From: Smithellaceae bacterium
Lineage (GTDB): Bacteria > Desulfobacterota > Syntrophia > Syntrophales > Smithellaceae
Direction: 5' to 3'
DNA: 64,000 nucleotides
Assembly: GCA_963667845.2 (NCBI GenBank)
Contig: CAXXVL010000002.1
Coordinates: 1,632,001-1,696,000, forward strand
This document shows positions 1 to 9,476 of the stretch, piece after piece. Position 1 is the first letter of the stretch, and each line of letters opens with the position of its first letter. Under the pieces are notes generated by a model. It saw only the letters and a program-made list of their open reading frames with translations, was not told the origin of the DNA and searched no databases. A program made the translations under genes and the position numbers.

Positions 1-801
1 GGCATCACCGAATCGGTTATCATGAAGGTCAGTCTTTCTCAGGTGCAGGGATTTCCCGGCGAAGAAAAGATCATGGTCGTCTTTCACAACATTACGCGCC
101 TCAAAAAGTTGGAAACGATTCGCACGGATTTCGTCGCCAACGTCACGCACGAAATCCGCACGCCGCTTACAGCGATCATCGGTTATCTGGAAACGCTTCA
201 GGCAGGAGCTCTCAAGAATACAGATGATGCCTCGCGCTTTATCGATATCATGCTAAAACAGGCACAGAGGCTCAATCGCCTGGTGGAAGATCTGATGACC
301 CTGTCGAAGATCGAGTTGGGCGAAGTGCTTCTTCGTTTTGAGGACGTGTCGCTTCATGATGTCGCGGACAACGTCATTGCGCTTCTGGAAGCCAAAACGA
401 CGGCAAAGAAAATTTTGATGGAAAACCGCCTTTCTCGGGATTTGCCGCCAGTCAAGGCGGATCGCGACCGGATTAACCAGATTTTCGTCAATGTTCTGGA
501 TAATGCGGTGAAGTTTACACCGGAAACAGGTCAAATTACGCTCGAGGGAGCGGAAAAAGAAGGCTTCGTCGTAGTGCGAATTTCCGATACCGGTGTGGGC
601 ATCCCGCGTGATGAAATTCAGCGTCTTGGTGAACGGTTCTACCGCGTGGACAAAACGCGGTCCAGAGAACTTGGCGGAACCGGTCTGGGGCTCTCCATCG
701 TGAAGCACCTGATGCTGGTGCATGGCGGGAAGATGGAAATTGAAAGCCAGCTGGGTCAAGGCACTAAAGTATCATTATTTTTTCCGGTTCAAAAAGTATA
801 G
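1..801 (+). CDS. phoR: PhoR-like sensor histidine kinase, C-terminal part (5' truncated by window)
   Basis: Frame open from base 1; H-box DFVANVTHEIRTPLT, N-box NVLDNAVKFT, G1 DTGVGIP, ERFYRVDKTRSR, G2 GGTGLGLSIVKH as in PhoR. Confidence 0.8.
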   Translation, partial: GITESVIMKVSLSQVQGFPGEEKIMVVFHNITRLKKLETIRTDFVANVTHEIRTPLTAIIGYLETLQAGALKNTDDASRFIDIMLKQAQRLNRLVEDLMTLSKIELGEVLLRFEDVSLHDVADNVIALLEAKTTAKKILMENRLSRDLPPVKADRDRINQIFVNVLDNAVKFTPETGQITLEGAEKEGFVVVRISDTGVGIPRDEIQRLGERFYRVDKTRSRELGGTGLGLSIVKHLMLVHGGKMEIESQLGQGTKVSLFFPVQKV

Positions 802-829
802 TTACAGAATATTTCTTATGGAGGCGAAA

Positions 830-1648
830 ATGGAAAGCCAAATAGCCAAAGCCGTCCACCTCAGATATCAACCGGTAGCGCTTCTGTGGTCCGATGAAAA
901 ACCGGAAGGCGCGATGCAGTTCTCCCCCGGCAAGTGGGGCTGCGTGATGTGGCTGGTCATTGCCGCGGCCAAGGGCAAGCCCGCCGTTGCCGACAGGAAA
1001 ACTTTCGGCTGCTTCGGCGGCGGCGTGGGTCTGGGCTTCGGCAATCAGTATCAAAGCTTCCCCGGCGGCGAGCAGGGATTCTGCCACTTTCTTTCCTCGG
1101 GAAATGCCGGGCGTCCGGGCGGCCCGGAGCTGGCCGAACAGGTCAAACCTTACATGACCAAAGAAAGCCACGATAACTTCCTGCACGGTGAACGTTATAT
1201 TAAGAATCCTGAGGGCGTCCGCAAGTTCATCGAGGCATTGCCTCTTGCGGATATCCCTGCAGCCTACGTCGTCTTTAAACCCCTCTCCGCCGTCGATTTG
1301 ACCAAAGAAAAGCCTCAGGCGGTCATCTTCTTTGTCAATCCCGATCAACTCTCGGCGTTGACGGTGCTGGCCAATTACGGACGCGGCGACAATGAAAACG
1401 TCACCATCCCTTATGCGGCGGGTTGTCAGACGATCGGCATTTATCCTTATCGCGAAGCGAAATCGGCCAGGTCCCGCGCCGTGGTCGGCCTGACGGATTT
1501 ATCGGCCCGCGTCTATGCCCGCAAGCAACTGGGCGATCCCAACTTCATGACGTTTGCCGCCCCGCTGGCACTCTTTGAGGAAATGGAGCAAAATGTTCCC
1601 GGCTCTTTCCTGGAGCGGCCGACCTGGCAAAGTCTGCTGTCCGAATGA
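830..1648 (+). CDS. DUF169 family protein
   Basis: GGAGG SD before ATG 830; PVA..WSDEKPE, C-V-M, GCFGGGVGLG, NPDQLS, AGCQ, GLTDLSAR pattern resembles DUF169. Confidence 0.75.
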   Translation: MESQIAKAVHLRYQPVALLWSDEKPEGAMQFSPGKWGCVMWLVIAAAKGKPAVADRKTFGCFGGGVGLGFGNQYQSFPGGEQGFCHFLSSGNAGRPGGPELAEQVKPYMTKESHDNFLHGERYIKNPEGVRKFIEALPLADIPAAYVVFKPLSAVDLTKEKPQAVIFFVNPDQLSALTVLANYGRGDNENVTIPYAAGCQTIGIYPYREAKSARSRAVVGLTDLSARVYARKQLGDPNFMTFAAPLALFEEMEQNVPGSFLERPTWQSLLSE

Positions 1649-2061
1649 GCGTGAGGGCGAAGACCGATATCACCTACCCGTAATAGAAGTCGTACGCGCC
1701 TCATTCGCGCCGTGCCGGCCAGCGGGTTTCCCGCATACCGGACAAATCACCATCTGTGCTTTGGGATCGATATGAATGTTCTTAATATTTAATGAAAGAA
1801 TCTTTCGGCGGATCGTCTTCATCTCTGACATTTAAACTGCTCGTGCAATGATTGTTTCCCTCGTGCCCTGATGTCACTGGGAGGGCCGGCATTTTCTCTT
1901 TGCCGGTTCTCTTTTGGTTGATAGCGGATCAGCGGCCCGGAGCTCTCAACAATCGGGCCATCCCGAACTTCCGGGGTCCGACAACCGGCGAAACCGGTTG
2001 ACTTTTTGAAGACCGGACATTATCAGTACACACAGATTTCTTATAGGGGCCTGGAGGAATA

Positions 2062-2412
2062 ATGCGTGGTCCAAGAATATTCATGGTCAACATGAGCATC
2101 GGCTGTCTGGCCGGTGGCTTCATCGGATTTCTTCTTCGGCCGTCCGCTTTTGTGATCGGGCAGCTTCCTTTTCAACATGTGATAACCAGGGGGCAGAGCC
2201 TGCCGGGTGTGGAAAGAGTTTTTATGTCGCTTGCCCGGGAATCGTTTAATACCATGATGATCGGTGCCGTAATCGGCTTGTTGGCCGGTGTCGTGATCGG
2301 GTATTTCATGAGCAGGAAGAGTTCCTGCCGAGGCAAGGTTCTGCAGCGTTATCAGGATATCTTTAGAGCCATTACGGCTTTTTTTCTGGTTCTTTTTCTT
2401 AAAAATGTGTAA
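2062..2412 (+). CDS. Small hypothetical membrane protein
   Basis: GGAGG SD; Gly-rich hydrophobic helices (GCLAGGFIGFLLRPS, IGAVIGLLAGVVIG). Confidence 0.65.
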   Translation: MRGPRIFMVNMSIGCLAGGFIGFLLRPSAFVIGQLPFQHVITRGQSLPGVERVFMSLARESFNTMMIGAVIGLLAGVVIGYFMSRKSSCRGKVLQRYQDIFRAITAFFLVLFLKNV

Positions 2413-2483
2413 ACTGTTTAAAGCGGAATACAGGATATTTGTCCTGACTGCTAATGACTATTTGACCCCGGAAGGAGAGTCCC

Positions 2484-4199
2484 ATGAATTATCTGCTGCA
2501 GCCGAAGAAGTATCAGAGCCTGATGTCCGATGAAGGATCCAAAGCAATCATGAACAAAACGATCGCGTTCTTTGAAGCGATGGGCAAAACCAAAATTACG
2601 GAGGACTTCAATAAGAAGGTCTGGTACCGGGAGTTTGTTGATTTTATGGGCAAGGAACAGATTTTTGCCAAGCTCCTCACCCCCAGTCAATACGGCGGTG
2701 GTGATCCCGATTGCCGCTGGGATACGGCCCGCAACAGTGAATTTTCCGAACTGCTGGCTTTTTACGGCCTGGGTTATTGGTACTGCTTCCAGGTCAGCAT
2801 CCTCGGGCTTGGTCCTATCTGGATGAGCCCCAATGAAACGGCCAAGAAGAAAGCTGCCGAACTGCTTAAGAAAGGGGCGATTTTTGCCTTCGGACTTTCC
2901 GAACGGACGCACGGCGCGGATATTTATTCCACCGAAACGACGCTGACGCCCAAACCCGACGGCACCTGGGTGGCCAATGGAGAGAAGTACTACATCGGCA
3001 ACGGCAACGAAGCGGAGATGGTTTCGACGCTGGGCAAGATCAAGGACGGTACGGACGACTATACCTTTTTCGTTACGAATTTCCATCATAAAGCCTATGA
3101 ACTCAAAAAGAACGTCGTTTCTCATCAGCAGTATGTCTCCAATTTCGCGCTGCACGACTACCCCATCACCAAAGACGATATTTTGTCCCGGGGACCGCTC
3201 GCCTGGGATTCTTCGCTCAATACCGTCAATATCGGGAAATTCAATATCGGTCCGGGATCGATCGGGATTACCGAGCATTGCTTTTATGAAGCGATCACGC
3301 ATGCGGCTAACCGTGTTCTCTATGGTTTTCCCGTAACCGATATGCCGCATGTGCGCAAGAACTTCATTGATGCCTGGCTTAGGATCGTGGGCATGAAACT
3401 CTACCAGCGCCGCGCGACCGACTATTTCCGCAACGCCAGTGCCGATGACCGCCGCTATCTGCTTTATAATCCCACCAGTAAAATGAAAGTTACCCTGCAG
3501 GCGGAGGATGTGGTCAACCTTTTGTGGGAAGTGATCGCCGCCAAGGGCTTTGAGAAGGACACCTTCTTCTCACTGGCTGCCGCCGACGTGCGCGGTCCTT
3601 CCAAACTCGAAGGCACGGTTCACGTCAACGTCCAGCTGATCCGCAAGTTCATGAAGAACTATTTTTTCAGCCCGGCCGAGTATAAGCCGGTCGCGCCGGA
3701 CTTTTCGATCAAAGACGACGTGTTCCTGTTTAATCAGGGACCGACCAAAGGTTTGGGCAAGGTCCAGTTTCATGACTATAAACCGGTCTTTGAAGCCAAT
3801 AAGGGTTTGCCGAATGTGGCGATTTTCATCAAACAGATTGAACTCTTCAAAGAACTGCTGGAGAAAGCCGGTCCGGACAAGGTTCAGGATATGGACCCGC
3901 TGTTCTCTCTGCCGCTGGGGGAGATGTTCTCCATCGTGGTCTATGGCCAGCTGATTCTGGAACAGGCGAAATTCGACAACGTGGATCCGGATATCATCAA
4001 TCAGATTTTTGATTTCATGGTACGCGATTTTACACGCTTTGCATTGCAGATTTACGGCATGCACAACACGAAGGAAGAGCAGCGCGCCTACTGCAAAGAA
4101 ATTATGTTGATTAAAGCTGCCGGCGATGATGCCCAGTATAACCGCATCTGGCAAAAATATGTGTACGCCTTAAACGGCGAATACGCGATGAATGAATAG
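2484..4199 (+). CDS. Acyl-CoA dehydrogenase family protein
   Basis: AFGLSERTHGAD, NGEKYYIGNG, KLEGT motifs; AAGGAG SD. Confidence 0.9.
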   Translation: MNYLLQPKKYQSLMSDEGSKAIMNKTIAFFEAMGKTKITEDFNKKVWYREFVDFMGKEQIFAKLLTPSQYGGGDPDCRWDTARNSEFSELLAFYGLGYWYCFQVSILGLGPIWMSPNETAKKKAAELLKKGAIFAFGLSERTHGADIYSTETTLTPKPDGTWVANGEKYYIGNGNEAEMVSTLGKIKDGTDDYTFFVTNFHHKAYELKKNVVSHQQYVSNFALHDYPITKDDILSRGPLAWDSSLNTVNIGKFNIGPGSIGITEHCFYEAITHAANRVLYGFPVTDMPHVRKNFIDAWLRIVGMKLYQRRATDYFRNASADDRRYLLYNPTSKMKVTLQAEDVVNLLWEVIAAKGFEKDTFFSLAAADVRGPSKLEGTVHVNVQLIRKFMKNYFFSPAEYKPVAPDFSIKDDVFLFNQGPTKGLGKVQFHDYKPVFEANKGLPNVAIFIKQIELFKELLEKAGPDKVQDMDPLFSLPLGEMFSIVVYGQLILEQAKFDNVDPDIINQIFDFMVRDFTRFALQIYGMHNTKEEQRAYCKEIMLIKAAGDDAQYNRIWQKYVYALNGEYAMNE

Positions 4200-4255
4200 T
4201 CTGCGGCAACCCCGGATGGCGGTCTTCTTTGTATCTGGGCCAAGGATGCGGCGAA

Positions 4256-5812
4256 GTGAACGATAAGAACGAAACCGGATGGCTAAGCAGACGGCAGTTG
4301 CTCCAGGCTGGCGCCCTCGCGGGCGCCTGGTTTGCCTTTCCCGGCATTGCCGCCTGTTCGCCTTTGCCCGAATATCAAAAGCTGGCGTCGGGAGACGACG
4401 CCAGCCTGCATCTCATCCATGGCAATGTTATTGACGTCGTTCGCGGCATTGTCCTGCGGGATAAAACCGTGGTGATCCGCCGCGGCCTCATTGCTGCCGT
4501 GACCGACGACCTGCCGGTTACCGATCCGCAGGCGGTTGTTATTGATCTTAGAAATCATTATGTCCTGCCGGGACTGATTGATGCCCATTGCCACACCACG
4601 CTGACCAGTGAGGCCGAGTTGAAAGTCTTTGGCCTCACCACCACCTATCGTCAATTCAAAAGAAATTATGTGCAGCAATTCGCGCATGGCGTGACGACCG
4701 TCCGGGACATGGGAGCGATGCCGAAGTTGCTGCATGACGGGCTCAAATGGATGGCGGACGGCGACATCATCGGCCCGAGGGTTGTCTATTGCAATGCCTT
4801 TACCAATGTCTACGGAAGCCATCCCGATATTGATCCTGCGGACGTCAGCATCTTTTCGGGTCTGGCTCTGGCCGTGACCGGCAATCCCAGTTTGTGGTTC
4901 AAAGACACCCGGGAACTCAAAGACCGGATGAAAGAAAATTCCACGGGCGGTGTATCCTTCATTAAGCTGACCATGGACAAACGGTCCGTGATGTGCGGAC
5001 GCGGGGAAATACCGGTTTATTCCGATGAGCATCTGCGCACCATTAAGGAATTCTCGGAGATGCAAAACCTGCCGACGGCGGGACACGTTCATACCCGGTT
5101 CGGTTTTGACAGGGCGCTTCACTATGGCCTCAACTCCATAGAGCACTCGATCGGAGACGCTTTTGTCACGGATCAGGATGCGCTCGTCATGGCGCAAAAG
5201 AGTATCGCTATTGTTCCGACCCTGATGATTGCGCAGATGTATGCAGCGCCGGAAGCCTACCGGGAGCTTCCGCTTCAGTATCGGACGGATTTTATCGGCG
5301 AAGAGCTCGCCATCCGGAAGGAGTATCTCTATTCCTGCACGGACGATGACGTCGAACCCGGAATTCATCGGGCCAATCTGAAGACTCTGGAACTCCTTCG
5401 GGCGAATGGCTGCGAGGCCCTGTCCGGGAAAGGAAAATTTCTGGCGCGGCCGGATCTTTATTTTGATATCCTGCTCAAAGGTCCGGAGAATCTTTTAAAG
5501 ATGAAGCGCGCGGGTGTTCTCGTCGGCTGCGGCACGGATTCGGGCGTGCCGTTCATTTACCACGGGACGCTCTGGCGGGAAATGGAAATGTTGGGACGCC
5601 TCGGTTTTACCAACAACGAAGTATTGCAGTGTGCGACGATCAACAATGCGCTGATTCTGCGGCTGGCCGACAAGATCGGGACGATTGAAAAGGGCAAATT
5701 TGCGGATCTGGCCGTCTTCAAGGGAAACCCGCTGGAAAAGATTGAAGCCTGCCGGACGCCCCGATGGGTTGTCAAAGACGGCCGGGTTTATGATGTTTCC
5801 ATCAAGAGATAA
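4256..5812 (+). CDS. Metal-dependent amidohydrolase with twin-arginine, possibly lipoprotein, signal
   Basis: SRRQLLQ Tat motif, IAAC lipobox-like; PGLIDAHCH, GVTTVRDMG, SIEH, GTDSG, GTIEKGKFADL; start GTG 4256 uncertain. Confidence 0.85.
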   Translation: MNDKNETGWLSRRQLLQAGALAGAWFAFPGIAACSPLPEYQKLASGDDASLHLIHGNVIDVVRGIVLRDKTVVIRRGLIAAVTDDLPVTDPQAVVIDLRNHYVLPGLIDAHCHTTLTSEAELKVFGLTTTYRQFKRNYVQQFAHGVTTVRDMGAMPKLLHDGLKWMADGDIIGPRVVYCNAFTNVYGSHPDIDPADVSIFSGLALAVTGNPSLWFKDTRELKDRMKENSTGGVSFIKLTMDKRSVMCGRGEIPVYSDEHLRTIKEFSEMQNLPTAGHVHTRFGFDRALHYGLNSIEHSIGDAFVTDQDALVMAQKSIAIVPTLMIAQMYAAPEAYRELPLQYRTDFIGEELAIRKEYLYSCTDDDVEPGIHRANLKTLELLRANGCEALSGKGKFLARPDLYFDILLKGPENLLKMKRAGVLVGCGTDSGVPFIYHGTLWREMEMLGRLGFTNNEVLQCATINNALILRLADKIGTIEKGKFADLAVFKGNPLEKIEACRTPRWVVKDGRVYDVSIKR

Positions 5813-5992
5813 CTGGAGTGGAGGACCTCGTCAGCCGCAGGAAGAAGTCCGGATGTCTCCCGGCACCTCTTCCGTCCCCCGTTTTGGTGTTTAGTCCCCG
5901 ATCTGAAGGGTGATAACCAAAAGGGATACCTTCAAGATTTCCCCCGTATGCTTGACCCGTGCACATGTCATTGCGCACTGAGTCTGATCAGA

Positions 5993-6166
5993 TCAGTGCT
6001 TCAAACGATTGATGAGGTCTGACATGAAGGCTTCCCGAACTTTAAGTTCCTTGCGAAATTCCTTCCGATCCGTGTTTGCAATTTCGCTTTCCAGCTCCGG
6101 CAGGTACCGCTCAAGAATAGTCAGAAGCTCGCCTTCCTCGCTCTCGGTTAAATGAAGTCTGTCCAT
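5993..6166 (-). CDS. Small (57 aa) helical hypothetical protein
   Basis: AAGGAG SD before ATG at 6166; MDRLHLTESEEGELLTILERYLPELESEIANTDRKEFRKELKVREAFMSDLINRLKH reads as amphipathic helices. Confidence 0.7.
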   Translation of the reverse strand: MDRLHLTESEEGELLTILERYLPELESEIANTDRKEFRKELKVREAFMSDLINRLKH

Positions 6167-6496
6167 GATAACTCTCCTTTCACTGTTTAATGTGAATGGG
6201 TTTTGCCGATTTGGAGAAATCAAGCACATGATTCCCAACGGCAACCGATGCATATGTCCGGTTTTTTCCCCGGTTTTGGCAAAACGTCTCTTGATCATCG
6301 ACCGGTGGACCTCACACCCCTGTGCATTTAGATCATCTTTGATTTAATTGTAATTTTTCTCCCCTTCCCAACTCATCTTCCCCGAGCCGTTTTTTCAAAG
6401 ACCCAAAATACAAATAAGATATCGTTAAAAGTAGTTTCATCACTTGATTTGCGATTGTCAAGACGAGGTCTTATAACCGGCGCAGCTGTGTCAGGC

Positions 6497-6559
6497 TTAA
6501 TCCCGCTCACGCGGGACGAGGGTTAATTCTCTGGAGCTTGCCGCGAAGTGGTTGATTCC
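6497..6559. mobile_element. Possible IS200/IS605-type terminal hairpin remnant
   Basis: TTAA, hairpin TCCCGC-tcac-GCGGGA, then degenerate ctctggaGCTTGCcgcgaag palindrome with the GCAAGC-loop look of IS200/IS605 ends; no transposase; recognised by eye only. Confidence 0.3.
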
Positions 6560-6664
6560 GTCGAGAAGCCCCCCCCGGGAGCTGGGCCTAAAAGGGATTG
6601 CAATTATTCTGGAATTTATTATGCTGGCCGCAATGGTCATTGAAAAACCGGAGAAAGAAAGGTT

Positions 6665-8044
6665 ATGCAATCGCTTATACCAACGCTCGTATCACTCATC
6701 AACAGCGCCGCAGTCATCGTCGTTATTGCTTATTTTTTAACCCGTAGTCCCCTGTTTAACCGCGTTCTGGAAAAAACCATGACCTGGCGGGACCAGCTTC
6801 TCATGGTCCTTGTCTTCGGGTTATTCTCTATTTACGGAACGCTTGCCGGGTTTCCCATCCTCGGCGGCATTGCCAGCATTCGTGATCTGGGGCCGACCGT
6901 TGCGGGTCTCCTGGCGGGTCCTCTGGTTGGTTTAGGCGCCGGACTCATCGGCGGGATTCACCGCTATCTGCAGGGCGGTTTTACAGCGGTGGCATGCGGT
7001 CTTGCGCCTGTCGTGGGCGGGGTGGCGGGTGGCATCGTTTACTTTCTGAAACGCGACCGTTTTCTGGGCATCGGACGCGCCGTCGGGCTTATGATCGGCG
7101 TGGAACTGGTCCACATGGCCATGGCCCTTTTCATCAGCAAGCCCTGGGAGCAGGCCGTTGCAATCGTCGAGGGCACCATCATCCCGATCGTTACCGCCAA
7201 TGCCCTCGGCATCGGCGTCTATGGATTCATTATGACCAATCTGCTTAAAGAGCGCGCACTGGAAAAGGCCAAGCATACGATGGAAGGCGAACTCAGTGTG
7301 GCCCGCGAAATTCAAATGAGTCTTGTTCCGAAAACCTTTCCCCCTGTGCCCGCGAGAGATGAGTTTTCTCTGTTTGCCACGCTGGAACCGGCCAGGGAAG
7401 TCGGCGGTGACTTGTACGACTTTTATTTTGTCGGCGATAATCAATTCTTTTTCATGATCGGCGATGTTTCAGGGAAGGGGGTGCCCGCTGCCCTGTTCAT
7501 GGCCGTGAGCAGAACCGTGATGAAAGCCAAAATGCAGCCGGGCGGCCTCGGGTTGGGGCCCATCGTATCCGACGTCAACCGAACGCTCTGCGAAGGGAAT
7601 GACGCCTCGATGTTCGTGACCGCTTTTTGCGGATTTCTGAATATAGAAACCGGCGACGTCACCTACGTCAATGCGGGGCATAATCCGCCGGCGATTGTGA
7701 AAGCTGACGGGCAAGCTTCTTATCTCAAGGTCACGGCGAATGTTCCCCTGGGTGTTTTAGGTGATAAGACGTTCTCGGAAGAGAAGCTTCGGCTCGAACG
7801 CGGCGATACGCTGGTGCTCTATACCGATGGAGTCACCGAGGCCACGAACAGGCAGAAAGATTTCTTTACCGAAGTGCGGCTTCTGCACGTACTTACGGGA
7901 ACGAACAGGCTCGCGGTGCGGGGTGTCGTGGAAAAAACCATCGCGGCGGTGCATCAATTTGCCGCAGGGTCTGATCCGGCCGATGACATCACCCTGCTGG
8001 CGCTGCGCATGGAGCCTCTTATCCGGCAAAAGCAGTTATCGTAA
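6665..8044 (+). CDS. LytS/YhcK-type 5TM receptor domain fused to SpoIIE/RsbU-like PP2C phosphatase
   Basis: N-terminal TM region (FGLFSIYGT, AGLLAGPLVGLGAGLIGGIHRY); PP2C motifs EVGGDLYD, GDVSGKGVPAAL, NAGH, YTDGVTEA, DDIT. Confidence 0.9.
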   Translation: MQSLIPTLVSLINSAAVIVVIAYFLTRSPLFNRVLEKTMTWRDQLLMVLVFGLFSIYGTLAGFPILGGIASIRDLGPTVAGLLAGPLVGLGAGLIGGIHRYLQGGFTAVACGLAPVVGGVAGGIVYFLKRDRFLGIGRAVGLMIGVELVHMAMALFISKPWEQAVAIVEGTIIPIVTANALGIGVYGFIMTNLLKERALEKAKHTMEGELSVAREIQMSLVPKTFPPVPARDEFSLFATLEPAREVGGDLYDFYFVGDNQFFFMIGDVSGKGVPAALFMAVSRTVMKAKMQPGGLGLGPIVSDVNRTLCEGNDASMFVTAFCGFLNIETGDVTYVNAGHNPPAIVKADGQASYLKVTANVPLGVLGDKTFSEEKLRLERGDTLVLYTDGVTEATNRQKDFFTEVRLLHVLTGTNRLAVRGVVEKTIAAVHQFAAGSDPADDITLLALRMEPLIRQKQLS

Positions 8045-8134
8045 AAGACGAAGCGGATGCTGTCGGGGAACCAGAGGGAGGGCAAGAAAAATGATTGCCT
8101 CTCCCGGTTCGGCAAAGGGAGGGGAGAGCTGTTC

Positions 8135-8524
8135 TTATTGCACAGCCCGGACATCTACAATAAAATATTCGGTATCGCCAAAACAGCTGGTCGGAACGCC
8201 TCTGTGCTGTTCGTAAGTGAGTGCCACACGTTTTCCGGCAAGCCCGTTGATCCGACCCGCCACCTTGTCATCCCGGATGCTGAACAGAAATTTATCGGGG
8301 ATGGCGCCCGGCATCGTAACCATCGCCATCTCACCTTCCCACGTTTTACAGATCCAGCCGCTCTTGGAAAGTTTTTGAATATACCCGACCCGCTCGCCCG
8401 TGGAAAAACTCCACGTCAGAGTAAGCCAGGCATAAGAGATTGCGATGACCAGCACTGCCAGGACGAAACCCGCAAGCCACACGAGCCAGCGCATTTTCTT
8501 CTTTTCCCCGAATTCATTTTCCAT
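8135..8524 (-). CDS. Hypothetical single-TM protein
   Basis: AGGA SD; one TM helix then soluble domain with STGERVG..QKLSKSGWICKTWEGE and CFGDTEYF. Confidence 0.8.
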   Translation of the reverse strand: MENEFGEKKKMRWLVWLAGFVLAVLVIAISYAWLTLTWSFSTGERVGYIQKLSKSGWICKTWEGEMAMVTMPGAIPDKFLFSIRDDKVAGRINGLAGKRVALTYEQHRGVPTSCFGDTEYFIVDVRAVQ

Positions 8525-8641
8525 AGACAAGTCCTTTGACAAAAATTAGAAATTTGCGTCCGCTCGACCCGATCGGGCCGAAATGGGCGGCCGCACCCCC
8601 AGGACGATTTGCCTGCGCGATATGCGGCAAGCCGGCGCCGG

Positions 8642-9049
8642 CTATTTTTTCATTTTTCTTTTCTGGACGGACTTCTTTTTACGAACGCCTGCCGCCGGTT
8701 TTCTCCGGGCCAGGATGGAAGCGATATGCCGGCCTTCTTCTTCTCCGACCGGCTCTTTTCCCGTCGTGATTTGCGCGGATTGATTGTCGGCAGACCAGTT
8801 GAACATGACCGGCTTTTCATTGCGCAGCATATCGGTGACCGAAAAAAGATCCGAGCGGTGAAAACTCAGAAACACGGTGCCGTTTAAACCTTGTCGCGGT
8901 TCAGGCAGCCGGCCGGTTCTTTCGACGAATGCGGCCATGCACAGGAGCTTGTTTCGGGCGTCAAACAGATAAAGAAATGCCGCGTTTTCTCCGTTCATCG
9001 TGCGGAACTCGTATTGGTAATTGGTTACTTCCGCGCTGACATTCGGCAT
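8642..9049 (-). CDS. Hypothetical protein with basic C-terminal tail
   Basis: AAGGGAG SD; DMLRNEKPV and TGKEPVGEEE segments; Lys/Arg-rich tail. Confidence 0.75.
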   Translation of the reverse strand: MPNVSAEVTNYQYEFRTMNGENAAFLYLFDARNKLLCMAAFVERTGRLPEPRQGLNGTVFLSFHRSDLFSVTDMLRNEKPVMFNWSADNQSAQITTGKEPVGEEEGRHIASILARRKPAAGVRKKKSVQKRKMKK

Positions 9050-9476
9050 AAAATAATCTCCCTTCTCAAAAAAATTATTTCAGCAAACCCGCGTCGAGTG
9101 TTGATCGACCCCCCTCCGGAGACCTGAAAAAAAATAAATTCGTGCGGACGCCGTCGTCGGGGCAGAATGTCCGCGAAGGCCTCGTCGGCTAAACAGGAGG
9201 GCTCGGGTATGATTGCCGCCATACAGTGCTCCCATTTCGATTCCGGTTTTCGCGGTCGCCTTTTCTTCTCAATTACCGTTTCAGATTTGATCATGATTCA
9301 CCGTAATATTCAACATGATTTTGTGATGGTGATGGCGAGCGCGGCCTTGATTGATTCCGGGACCCTCTTTTTTTGGGCATTGCGCGATGTCATAAAATTA
9401 TTGCCTGCCCGCCGAAGGTATGATACCTTCACCGAGACTAATTTTTCCCGGAACATGATCAGGCGAGGAGCTCCAC

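Noticed and set aside
1649..2061. Riboswitch in the 400-bp gap (hairpins near 1857-1910)
   Set aside because: Only generic stems; no consensus of a known riboswitch recognised
5890..5995. Selenocysteine read-through of the small protein's UGA, with a downstream GTGCGCA/TGTGCAC hairpin
   Set aside because: The extension has no redox motif or recognisable domain and the hairpin is not a convincing SECIS. I found no credible selenoprotein in the window despite selB.
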